A stretch of DNA of 64,000 bases. Source: Macrostomum lignano (lineage: Eukaryota). Numbering within the stretch: the stretch's first letter is position 1; each line of letters starts with the position of its first letter. The notes beneath the pieces were generated by a model that was given only the letters and a program-made list of their open reading frames with translations, did no database searches and was not told the origin of the DNA. A program made the position numbers and the translations under genes. Of this stretch, positions 13,901-34,635 are shown one piece after another. The DNA lies in assembly GCA_002269645.1 (NCBI GenBank), contig NIVC01002672.1, positions 1 to 64,000 of the forward strand, written 5' to 3'.

Positions 13901-16900
13901 GGCGCGCACACCAGCAGCGACAGGATGAGCGTCAGGGCGTAGCAGGCCTGGCTGCGCCTGTGGCTGAACAGCTGGCCACGCCGGGTGCTGAACGGGTTGC
14001 TGACCACCTCGCAGCGGCTGCCGGCGATCATCACCAGACTCCAGTTGCGCACCATGATGAAGGCGTTGGCGATGGCGAACGACAGGAAGAACGCGCAGGT
14101 GATCATCTGCGGGTGCAGGGGGCTATCGAAGGCCTGGCGGCCGGCGTCGGCCATCACGGTCAGCATGACGGTGAGGTTGACAGCGAAGCCGATGTTCAGC
14201 ACAGTCTCGGACAGGGACAGCAGCAGCAGCAGGCGGCCCATGATGACATTTTTCTTGTCCAGAATGAACACTATGAGGGAGAAACCGTTGGTCAGGGCGT
14301 TCAGGTAGCTCAGAACGCAAGCGATGTACAAATAGACGTTGGCGGCGCCGCCAGCGGGGCCTTCCGAGCTGCCGGAGTCGTTCAGGCAGCTGCCGTTGAC
14401 AGCCACATAGGCGAGCATCGCTGCTGAGCTGAGCTGATTCTCACTGAACTGAACTGGGAGCTGAGAATCGAACCTGAGTAGTCCGCTGGTTGGCCTTCTC
14501 GGCTCTCCGCCCTGATGGATTTTTCTAGTCCTCCACTTCAGCGAAGCCTCAGCCTCCGCCAATCCGCCCCGGCTCGCTTGTCCTTCACAGCCAATGGCCG
14601 GGCTCCCAGACAACAGCTGCACACTTTAATCTGTCGGATTTGGCAGCGGCTCAAAATCCAGTTTTAAATCCTTTAAAGCTGTTTGAAGTCTCAAGGCTGA
14701 CATCAAACTGTCGTAGTGCTTTTGCAGCTCATCCATAATGCACCACGCACAATAGGTTAATGAAAATGAACGAAGCACTGTACCAAGGCTCTGGGCGGCT
14801 TATGGCTCAGATGGGATTAAGGACTTGAAATTAGGGAATTCGTCCTTTCTGTCTGATTGAATCATACGGTTCTCCTCAGGTCAAAGGGAGCCGCCAACTT
14901 CATGGGAGATTTGCGTCAGCCTGACCGCCTGTTCTGATTCCGCTTTTGCTGCCAAACTTTCTTCGAGCTAATTATAAAAGCATGAGCAGGCTCGACAACA
15001 CTGCTGGATGTACTTTTAAAATATTACTGGCTTATTTTTATAAGCCAGTGTTTTACTAGCAATTGTTATTAAAATCTGCGGGTCAGTGCACCCCCTGGGA
15101 GAGGTGTTTGCCTCCTAATTAATCAGATTCTTATCCGAGCGGTAAGATGCGGATGACGCTGTCGAAATTGCTGGCATAATTGCACTGCTCCGCATCCGTG
15201 CATTTTTGTTGAAGGAAATCCCAAGCCTAGGTGGTAATGAGAGACTTCACGACTTTGGGAATAATAATGTGTGCGCTAATGCCAAAAAAATTGAGTCTTG
15301 ATCCAAACTAACGGCTGAGTTAGGATTCCCTGATCACCTTGTGCATGCCGTTCATTGCAAACGGCATAGTCAATAACACCTTACAGTCCATGCACCTGAC
15401 ACAATGAAGTACGTGACTCGCACAATACCTCACACAGTTCTCAAAATTCATCACACACCTCTCAAAACCCATCGCACAACTCACATCACTCATCACACAC
15501 CTCACGCAACCCATCACACACCTCATACAACCCATCACACCTCATACAACCCATCACACACCTCACACAACCCATCGCACACCTCACACAACCCATCACA
15601 CACCTCACACAACTCATCACACACCTCACACAACCCATCGCACACCTCACACAACTCATCGCACACCTCACACAACCCATCACACACCTCACACAACCCA
15701 TCGCACACCTCACACAACCCATCACACACCTCACACAACCCATCACACACCTCACACAACCCATCGCACACCTCACACAACTCATCACACACCTCACACA
15801 ACCCATCGCACACCTCACACAACTCATCGCACACCTCACACAACCCATCACACACCTCACACAACCCATCGCACACCTCACACAACCCATCGCACACCTC
15901 ACACAACCCATCACACACCTCACACAACCCATCACACACCTCACACAACCCATCGCACACCTCACACAACCCATCACACACCTCATACAACCATCGCACA
16001 CCTCACACAACTCATCGCACACCTCACACAACCCATCACACACCTCACACAACCCATCGCACACCTCACACAACCCATCACACACCTCACACAACCCATC
16101 ACACACCTCATACAACCATCGCACACCTCACACAACTCATCGCACACCTCACACAACCCATCGCACACCTCACACAACCCATCACACACTTCACACAACC
16201 CATCACACACCTCACACAACCCATCACACACCTCACACAACCCATCGCACACCTCATACAACCCATCACACACCTCACACAACCCATCGCACACCTCACA
16301 CAACTCATCGCACACCTCACACAACCCATCACACACCTCACACAACCCATCGCACACCTCACACAACCCATCACACACTTCACACAACCCATCACACACC
16401 TCACACAACCCATCACACACCTCACACAACCCATCGCACACCTCATACAACCCATCACACACCTCACACAACCCATCGCACACCTCACACAACCCATCAC
16501 ACACTTCACACAACCCATCACACACCTCATACAACCCATCACACACCTCACACAACCCATCACACACCTCACACAACCCATCGCACACCTCATACAACCC
16601 ATCACACACCTCACACAACCCATCACACACCTCACACAACCCATCACACACCTCACACAACCCATCACACACCTCACACAACCCATCACACACCTCACAC
16701 AACCCATCACACACCTCACACAACCCATCACACACCTCACACAACCCATCACACACCTCACACAACCCATCACACACCTCACACAACCCATCACACACCT
16801 CACACAACCCATCACACACCTCACCCGCAGCGGGTCAGCGGGCGCGCAGACGTGTTCATCAGCTACTGCTGGGCGAACTCGCAGGAGGCGGTCAAGGCAG

Positions 16901-19900
16901 GCCACGGCAAGGCCACCAGCCGCTCCATCGGGTTCGGCGATCCCCGGAAACTCAAGAAGCACCTGGAGGAAGCCGGCGGCCTTTCCTGCTGGATTGACAT
17001 CGAACGGCTGGGCGAGAACGGCATGTTTGAGGACCTCTGCCAGGGACTCAAGGCCTGCAAGCTGGTGGTGGCCTGCCTCTCCGATGAGGTGAGAACTGAT
17101 CGCGACTGGGCATTAGAATGCGTGCTATTGATTACGAGCGTATTATTCAACTCTAAATATTTGCAGCTCACTGTGAATCTCTAGAGCTCACTGTGAATCT
17201 CTGCAGCTCACTGTGAATCTCTGCAGCTCACTGTGAATCTCTGCAGCTCACTGTGAATCTCTGCAGCTCACTGTGAATCTCTGCAGCTCACTGTGAATCT
17301 CTGCAGATCACTGTGAATCTCTGCAGCTCACCGTGACACTGTGCAGCTCACTGTGAATATCTGCAGCTCACTGTGAATCTCTGCAGCTCACTGTGAATCT
17401 CTGCAGCTCACTTTGAATTTATGCAGCCCCAATTAGCGCAAAAAATATCGCTTGCAAAATCATCCGCAATGCTTTCTGAAGCTAAAAGTAAAAAAAATTT
17501 TCCCCAATCGCAGTACGTGGCATCGAAGAACTGCCAGATGGAGTATCGCTTTGCTCACCTGACGCTCAACCGGCCCATGGTGATCTGCGTTGTGGGCACC
17601 GGCGTGCTGTGGGAGTCCACTGAGGTGAGCGGGGGCGACTGCGGAGTCTGGGGGGGGGGCAGTTGGAACTCGAACGGGAGATAAGGAATGGGAACTGAGG
17701 TATGAGATGAGAGCAGAGATGAAGTGAGAAACTTAGCTGAGAGGAGAAATGACATGAAGGTAGAAACAGGTGAGAGTAAAATGAGATGAAAAGCGGAGGA
17801 AACAGGTGAGAGTAAAATGAGATGAAAAGCGGAGGAAACAGGTGAGAGTGAAATGAGATGAAGGGAGAACAGGTGAGAGTGAAATAAGATGAAGGGAGGA
17901 ACATGTAAGAGTGAAATTAGATGAAGGGAGGAACATGTAAGAGTGAAATTAGATGAAGGGAGGAACATGTAAGAGTGAAATTAGATGAAGGGAGGAGGAA
18001 CAGGTGAGAGTGAAATGAGAAGGGAGGAACAGGTGAGAGGAGAAATGAGAAGGGAGGAACAGGTGAGGGGAACAGGTGAGAGGAGAAATGAGAAGGGAGA
18101 AACAGGTGAGAGGAGAAATGAGAAGGGAGAAACAGGTGAGAGGAGAAATGAGAAGGGAGAAACAGGTGAGAGGAGAAATGAGAAGGGAGAAACAGGTGAG
18201 AGGAGAAGTGAGAAGGGAGGAACAGGTGAGAGGAACAGGTGAGAGGAACAGGTGAGAGGAGAAATGAGAAGGGAGGAACAGGTGAGAGGAGAAATGAGAA
18301 GGGAGGAACAGGTGAGAGGAACAGGTGAGAGGAACAGGTGAGAGGAGAAATGAGAAGGGAGGAACAGGTGAGAGGAACAGGTGAGAGGAGAAATGAGAAG
18401 GGAGGAACAGGTGAGAGGAGAAATGAGAAGGGAGGAACAGGTGAGAGGAGAAATGAGAAGGGAGGAACAGGTGAGAGGAGAAATGAGAAGGGAGGAACAG
18501 GTGAGAGGAGAAATGAGAAGGGAGGAACAGGTGAGAGGAGAAATGAGAAGGGAGGAACAGGTGAGAGGAGAAATGAGAAGGGAGGAGCCAGTGAAAAGTG
18601 AAAGGAGTGAGAGAAAGGTGAAATAAGATACAAAGTGGCTGGAAAGGAGGAAAGCGGAAATCGATTCCCAGGACAGTGGAAACGATGAAGCGGGGTTTTC
18701 ACTCAGTCCCAGTTCAGGTGGCCCTGCAGTGGGGTCTCGGCCCAGCTTAGCATAAATCTTCTTTCAGCGCATCGCAGCCCGGCAGCCACCCACACGCAAG
18801 CAGCCGGACTGCTTTTGGCTTTGGTCTTGACCCTTATGTGAAATTTTTCCTTAACATGAGATTCGATGCACTTTAATTCGAATCCGCTGTTTCATGTTTT
18901 TTATAAATTCTGAAAGCAGTCGCAGATAAATAAACTAAAGAATTTGAAACCTGGTGAGATTGGTACCTAATCTAGAGATATTGATATCTAGTCTAGTGAG
19001 ATTAGCATCTAGTCTAGTGAGATTGGCATCTAGTCTAGTGAGATTAGCATCTAGTCTAGTGAGATTAGCATCTAGTCTGGTGAGATTGGCATCTAGTCTA
19101 GTGAGATTAGCATCTAGTCTAGTGAGATCTAGTCTAGTGAGATTGGCATCTAGTCTAGTGAGACTGGTATCTAGTCTAGTGATATTGGCATCTAGTCTAG
19201 TGAGATTAGCCTCTATTCTAGTGAGATTGGCATCTAGTCTAGTGAGATTAGCCTCTATTCTAGTGAGATTGGCATCTAGTCTAGTGAGAAGATTGGTATC
19301 TAAACTAGTGAGATTGGTATCTAGTCCAGTGAGATTGGTATCTAGTCTAGTGAGATTGGTATCTAGTCCAGTGAGATTGGCATCTAGTCTAGTGAGATTA
19401 GCATCGAGTCTAGTAAGATCGGTATCTAGTCTAGTGAGATCGGTATCTAGTCTAGTGAGATCGGTATCTATCTAGTGAGATTGGTATCTAGTCTAGTGAG
19501 ATTGGTATCTAGTCTAGTAAGATTGGTATCTAGTCTAGTGAGATTGGTATCTAGTCTAGTGAGATTGGCATCTAGTCTAGTGAGATTGGTATCTATCTAG
19601 TGAGATTGGTATCTAGTCTAGTGAGATTGGTATCTAGTCTAGTGAGATTATGGTATCTATCTAGTGAGATTGGTATCTAGTCTAGTGAGATTGGTATCTA
19701 GTCTAGTGAGATCGGTATCTATCTAGTGAAATTGGTGAAATTGGTATCTATCTAGTGAGATCGGTATCTAGTCTAGTGAGATTGGTATCTAGTCTAGTGA
19801 GATTATGGTATCTATCTAGTGAGATTATGGTATCTATCTAGTGAGATTGGTATCTAGTCTAGTGAGATTGGTATCTAGTCTAGTAAGATTGGTATCTAGT

Positions 19901-21924
19901 CTAGTGAGATTGGTATCTAGTCTAGTGAGATTGGCATCTAGTCTAGTGAGATTGGTATCTAGTCTAGTGAGATTGGTATCTAGTCTAGTAAGATTATGGT
20001 TAAAAGCATGTAATTCATTGAGAAAAGCATCTAATCTAGTGAGAAAAGCATCTAATCTACCGAACCGAACAACCCCGGCAGATCGGCATGATGTCGCTCG
20101 GTCATCCAAAGGTGAACTTCCAAGCTGCCAGCGAATCCTGCTACGACGCTCTGCTGAGCGCGGTGACGGAGACGCTGGAGAGGTACTACCCCATCAAACG
20201 GCCGGACAGCAAGGACAGTCTCCGCAAGCGGCGCAAAAGCAGCCTGAGCAGTCCGGGCGGAGGTGGCGCCATGTTCCAGGTGATGCATTTTCTCTTGACT
20301 GGTTACCTATCTAGTACGAGATAATGATGGAGAGATAATGATTTTCTGGAGGGCTAGGGGCGCCCTGACGCAGCTTCGGTGACAACTGTCACAGTACATG
20401 AGCACACAAGCGCGTCAATGTTGTACGCAGACACGCACTCATGCACACTGGGTGCACAGCGGCTCCTGACTGAAAACCGGCATGATATCCGAAAAACTAC
20501 TTAAAGTAGAAAGTAAATAAATAACTGTTATTTTTTCTGTTCCTAATTGGAAAACTGTCAAACATGGCTACAGGAACTGATCGAGCTCGCCCAGCGCAAA
20601 GTCTACCGCCAGTTCTCCGGATTTCTCGACACGGCCGAGCAGTTTCCCTGCCTCATCGTGGCCGACATCTATACTGACTCTGTGAGTAGGCTCTGCCATT
20701 TCCCAGTCTACCATTTCCCAGTCTACCATTTCCCAGTCTACCATTTCCCAGTCTACCATTTCCCAGTCTACCATTTCCCAGTCTACCATTTCCCAGTCTA
20801 CCATTTCCCAGTCTACCATTTCCCAGTCTACCATTTCCCAGTCTACCATTTCCCAGTCTACCATTTCCCAGTCTACCATTTCCCAGTCTACCATTTCCCA
20901 GTCTACCATTTCCCAGTCTACCATTTCCCAATCTACCGTTTTAGTCTGCCTGACAAGCTCTCCATCAATTTCCCAACCAATCATCCCTGTCGTCTCGGCC
21001 ACTCCGCAGGACAACCCGGCCGACAGCCCGGACAAGACCGAGTTCTCCGCCGTGGCCGCCTTCGCCGACGACGCGGCCGCGGACGAGCCGCCGCTGTCTG
21101 ACGACGGCGTCGAAGACGAGCCCCGCTTCCAGTTCCGGTTCCGCCTGCTCTGCGAGCACGAGGGCGGCTGGCATGCGGCCCCAGGCGCCGGCCTGCCGCT
21201 CCGCCTCGGCCGGGACGCCGCCCTGCAGCTGCTGGGAGGCCTGGCGCCGCTGCTGCTCCGCCTGGCGCTGGTCCTCCGGCACAGCCGGCGCTCCGGCCTG
21301 GACACCGCGGCCGACCCCGTGGCCGGCGGCCGCCTGCTCGATCACTTGCGCGCGGCAGCTGAGCGCGCCGGGCCCGAGGCCGACCTGCGTCAGCTGCACG
21401 CGGCGCTGCGCCAGCACCTGCGCCGCCGGGACCCGGGCATCGCTGCCGGCCTACGCCGCTGCCACCTGCCGTCAGGAAAAATCCTCTGGCTGTGCCCGGA
21501 GCACCAGAGCCAGCCGAGGACCGTCGTGCTGGCGGACGCCGCCACGGCCGTCCCTGCTGCTGACGCTGGTGACACTGCGGAGGACGAGGAGGAGGAGCTG
21601 CTGGCGCAGGTGTTGTCGGTGGTCGGCAGCGGCGCCGTCGCGTCTGTCGCTGCTGAATCGGCGGCTGCCGAGGCGGCCGAGCAGTCCAGCTCCAAGCGCA
21701 AGCTGGCCGTCGCTGGCCTCGGCCGCATCGACGAAGCCGTCGAGTCGCCCGAGCCGTCGGCCTCGGCTGCGTCCTCCGCTGCGGCGGCGGCGGCTGCGAC
21801 GGCGGCGACACCCGTGAAGGATGCGCGGCAAGGCAGAGTGGGCAGCCCCCCGAGCGTAAGGAAGCGGCCGTTCAGCGCGCCGGCCGGGCAGGGCCAGAAG
21901 AGCCGCGCCTGCCAGCTGCTGTGA
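837..21924 (+). CDS. Roco-family protein (ROC GTPase-COR-TIR-TIR-C-terminal domain-CaaX), 5'-partial, multi-exon
   Basis: Hand-spliced phase-consistent GT-AG exons: 837-1242, 5257-5363, 5441-5519, 6269-6415, 8121-8479, 8576-8723, 8795-8912, 9806-9995, 11779-12112, (possible 12297-12404), 16831-17088, 17514-17624, 20082-20279, 20574-20681, 21010-21924 (TGA). ROC motifs TDGIDI, FSVWDFAGQ..YYNTHQFFL and VVGTHCDK are present. The P-loop and any LRRs lie upstream of the window. Confidence 0.88.
1350..1803. repeat. 23-bp minisatellite (GGGAGGTCAGATTGTCCTGTACT)
   Basis: Direct tandem units. Confidence 0.95.
3310..3810. repeat. Degenerate purine-rich ~20-bp tandem repeat (GATTAGAGAGAGATTAGATG)
   Basis: Imperfect tandem units. 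Confidence 0.85.
5257..8912 (+). CDS. Roco exons encoding the COR domain
   Basis: Exons 5257-5363 (YIGEHVPEAWL), 5441-5519, 6269-6415 (AVQFLHDMGSLQHF...IINPQWL), 8121-8479 (VPCLLP...YTFDYLPAGLFNR...IWQRG), 8576-8723 (PCIDC), 8795-8912. These are typical COR-A/COR-B motifs. Confidence 0.88.
5546..6250. repeat. 12-bp minisatellite (GGATTAACAGCA) filling a Roco intron
   Basis: Direct tandem units; it occupies nearly all of intron 5520-6268. Confidence 0.95.
6503..7215. repeat. 30-bp minisatellite (AGTCGAGTAGCTGTTGACCATTGAGCACAA)
   Basis: About 24 near-identical units with alternating AGTC/AACC variants. Confidence 0.95.
7795..8039 (-). mobile_element. tRNA-derived SINE with CORE-like central domain, copy 1
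   Basis: The minus strand has an A-box (TAGCCTAGAGG), a B-box (GGTTCGATTCC), then TGTGTCCTTGAGCAAGACACTT..CTTCAGTTCACCCAACTGTAAAATGGG. A highly similar copy lies at 46833-47082. Confidence 0.8.
9222..9450. repeat. 55-bp minisatellite (about 4 copies)
   Basis: GGGGCTGGACAACCGTCAGACAGTCAGTCCACAGTGCACACAGATACTCAGCATT units. Confidence 0.92.
9806..12112 (+). CDS. Roco exons encoding degenerate TIR domain 1
   Basis: Exons 9806-9995 and 11779-12112: DVTLIFC...LETAGLSV...CCLCLISNEFVLSETCAQYLSLA...KKPLVLGLVG...DWQQTALG...YINF. TIR_2-like pattern. Confidence 0.75.
9980..11358. repeat. 44-48-bp minisatellite containing the exon end and 5' splice site (CTGCCGGCTTATCTGT|GTGAGTATAGCAAGCGGCAGAGTTGAAG..)
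   Basis: About 30 units; the first unit overlaps the last 16 coding nt of exon 9806-9995. Confidence 0.95.
13144..14418 (-). CDS. Intronless class A (rhodopsin-like) GPCR, peptide/FMRFamide-receptor-like, nested antisense in a Roco intron
   Basis: Single ORF with seven hydrophobic segments: TM3 SRC in place of DRY (AGSRCEVVSNPF), TM4-ECL2 APRLFEF, TM6 SFIICELP, TM7 NFIIY. N-glycosylation sites near the N-terminus. Likely start MLAYVAVNGS at 14418; the ORF is open further upstream to 14622. Confidence 0.9.
   Translation of the reverse strand: MLAYVAVNGSCLNDSGSSEGPAGGAANVYLYIACVLSYLNALTNGFSLIVFILDKKNVIMGRLLLLLSLSETVLNIGFAVNLTVMLTVMADAGRQAFDSPLHPQMITCAFFLSFAIANAFIMVRNWSLVMIAGSRCEVVSNPFSTRRGQLFSHRRSQACYALTLILSLLVCAPRLFEFTWTICEYPAENNSTETTVYSLTTATHHILDKNPSYRHYKTLLVFPLQTIAPIFLISGLSLVIIFILRRRRLLQQNSGGSAGSGSGRGGGGGASGSGSRSQDAATKTVMILMFSFIICELPTFLFFILNQTIFASMRGFNQIRMHTTFLANILLSADSFTNFIIYSSTSNTFRETVRQMLHLPDRRQGRSNNYNYYNNHLQNNNYSMLSREANALRRAEAAAVATAVPSHIEDAALAPLKWHPGGAD
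15470..16824. repeat. 21-bp CA-rich minisatellite (CACACCTCACACAACCCATCA)
   Basis: About 64 units; it ends a few nt before acceptor AG at 16829-16830. Confidence 0.95.
16831..20279 (+). CDS. Roco exons encoding TIR domain 2
   Basis: Exons 16831-17088, 17514-17624, 20082-20279: DVFISYCW...LSCWIDIE...LCQGLKACKLVVACLSDEYVASKNCQMEYRFA...PMVICVVG...WESTEIG. Confidence 0.88.
17161..17415. repeat. 20-bp minisatellite (GCAGCTCACTGTGAATCTCT)
   Basis: Direct tandem units. Confidence 0.95.
17715..18590. repeat. Purine-rich ~30-bp minisatellite (GAGAAGGGAGGAACAGGTGAGAGGAGAAAT)
   Basis: Direct tandem units with 12-bp sub-units. Confidence 0.92.
18954..20055. repeat. 21-bp minisatellite (GTGAGATTGGTATCTAGTCTA)
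   Basis: Direct tandem units; it ends about 25 nt before acceptor 20081. Confidence 0.95.
20574..21924 (+). CDS. Roco last two exons: C-terminal domain (LCEHEGGWH...GLRRCHLPSGKILWLCPEH), low-complexity tail and CaaX box CQLL
   Basis: Exons 20574-20681 and 21010-21924 are in phase 0, and the ORF track 21052-21924 agrees. Confidence 0.8.
20696..20938. repeat. 15-bp minisatellite (CCATTTCCCAGTCTA) x ~16
   Basis: Near-perfect units starting 14 nt after donor 20682. Confidence 0.95.
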
Positions 21925-21962
21925 GGCGCGGACTGGGGGGGGGGAATTCTGGATGGGACTTA

Positions 21963-22970
21963 GCGATTTAGAATGAGAAGAGATTTAGAAGAGATTTAGA
22001 ATGAGATTAGAGATTCATAATGAGATTCAGATATTCAGAATGAGATTCAGAGATTCAGAATGAGATTCAGAGATTCAGAATGAGATTCAGAGATTCAGAA
22101 TGAGATTCAAAATGAGATTCAGAGTGAGATTCAAAGATTCAGATAGAGATTTAGAGATTCAGAATGAGATTCAAAATGAGATTCATAGATTCAGAACGAG
22201 ATTCAGAGATTCAGATTGAGATTCAGAGATTCAGAATGAGATTCAGAGATTCAGAATGAGATTAGAGATTGAGAATGAGATTCGGAGATTTAGACTGAGA
22301 TTCAGAGATTCAGAATGAGGTTCAGCGATTCAAAATGAGATTCGGAGATTTAGACTGAGATTCAGAGATTCAGAGATTCAGAGTGAGATTCAGAGATTCA
22401 CAATGAGATTCAGAGATTCAGAATGAGATTCAGAGATTCAGAATGAGATTCAGAGATTCAGAATGAGATTCAGAGATTCAGAAATAAGATTCAGAGATTC
22501 AGAATGAGATTAGAGATTGAGAATGAGATTCGGAGATTTAGACTGAGGTTCAGAGATTCAGAATGAGATTCAGAGATTCAGAATGAGGTTCAGAGATTCA
22601 AAATGAGATTCGGAGATTTAGACTGAGCTTCAGAGATTCAGAGATTCACAATGAGATTCAGAGATTCAGAATGAGATTCAGAGATTCAGAATGAGATTCG
22701 GAGATTCAGAATGAGGTTCAGAGATTCAGAGTGAGATTCAGAGATTCAGAGACTCAGAGTGAGATTCAGAGATTCAGAGATTCAGAGTGAGATTCAGAGA
22801 TTCAGAATGAGATTCAGAGATTCACAATGAGATTCAGAGATTCAGAATGAGATTAGAGATTCAGAATGAGATTCGGAGATTCAGAATGAGATTCAGAGAT
22901 TCACAATGAGATTCAGAGATTCAGAATGAGATTCAGAGACTCAGAATGAAATTCAGAGATTTAGACTGAG
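21963..22970. repeat. GATTCAGA / GATTCAGAATGA compound satellite downstream of the Roco stop
   Basis: Mixed 8- and 12-bp units. Confidence 0.92.
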
Positions 22971-24263
22971 AGTATCAATAAAACTGTTTTCATGTTAAAA
23001 GATGGGCTGAAAACGTTATACACAGTAATTAATCATTTGACTTTTCCACTTTTGTCTAATCCGCGCACTCGTAGCAGATTTTTACTCAGCCAACAAAGCC
23101 TTAATCAATATTTTATCGTTTATCAGCCAACCAGTTATCATATTTACATAAATGTTGTGCCTTGTGACCTTTTTGCAGTCCGAAGCTCATTTGCCTGGCA
23201 CTGTTGGTTGAGTAAAACAAAAAAGATTTGTTATACCTTTCAAAATCTAGCTTTTAAAATTAGTGAAGCTCCGAGACACGGTTCAAGACTGCCCTGCTCC
23301 TCCATTGTGCTTCGCAAGCTGACGATAAATTCTAGCTGTGATTTCCTGGCGGTTCTCTGATTTCAATTTTTTTAATTTTTTGTCTGCAGCGCATGATGAG
23401 CTCGGCCGCGATGTAGCAGCTTTGCCTTACACAGAAATATATACTGAAATATTTATATTGATAACTTTTAACTGATTTATAAGTTATATTACTATAGTAT
23501 TTGATTTTAATTAGCTCTCGGAGCAGCTTAGTGGGTATGGCGTTGGTTCGATTCCGTGAGCAGCAAAATTTTTTGTTACAATTAATAAGGGTCTTTAGTA
23601 GTGGCTCTTGAGAACGCACAGGGCTGATTGGGTTTTTTCCATAGACAAATTGCGTCGAGAGAAATGCAATTCCTCAAAAGAATGCTAAATTCACTACTGC
23701 AGCGATGCGACTAAAATATACGATCGACGTTCTTTACTGGCTCATTTCTAAGAAAGCCAAGTGTACCGTCTTTCCACTTAGTACTTCAACTGTCCATGGT
23801 TCTGAATAAGCGCAAGTTTTTAAAACAACTTACAGCACTACTCAGAGAAACAGCATAGAAATAAATGAATGAAAACAAAGGTTCGAAATTCGAATTAAAA
23901 CAAAGGCATAACACTTTCAATTTATTTAGGCACTAGGAACAGAGAATATTCAAATAGAAGTTTCTGCTCAAGATACAAGGTTGACTCTGTTACATTGTTT
24001 AATGTACTTTACCAGCTTACCAATCATCTTACCTGGTTGAGTGTGATTCTACCGGATATTTTGGTCGAAGTTTTGTACAAAGATTTAAGATACATTTTCA
24101 AATGCAATACGTCATTACGTAAAAAACTTACTAAAATAATGGGATGAAGTCTTCTTTGCAGCCAGGAAATTACGCGCGTCGTGTATAAAAGCTTGGCATG
24201 AAAAAATTACTCCGAAAACAAATTAATAGCGAAGAGAGGATCGAATATCCGTCATGCACTTAC

Positions 24264-34635
<10,372 letters not shown>

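Noticed and set aside
15404-17092. 562-aa His/Thr-rich ORF and antisense Cys-rich (metallothionein-like) ORFs
   Set aside because: Translations of a 21-bp intronic minisatellite; the real exon starts at 16831 in another frame.
20568-21831. Multiple long overlapping antisense or alternative-frame ORFs over the Roco last exon (also over the GPCR and prominin)
   Set aside because: Shadow ORFs typical of very GC-rich coding sequence.
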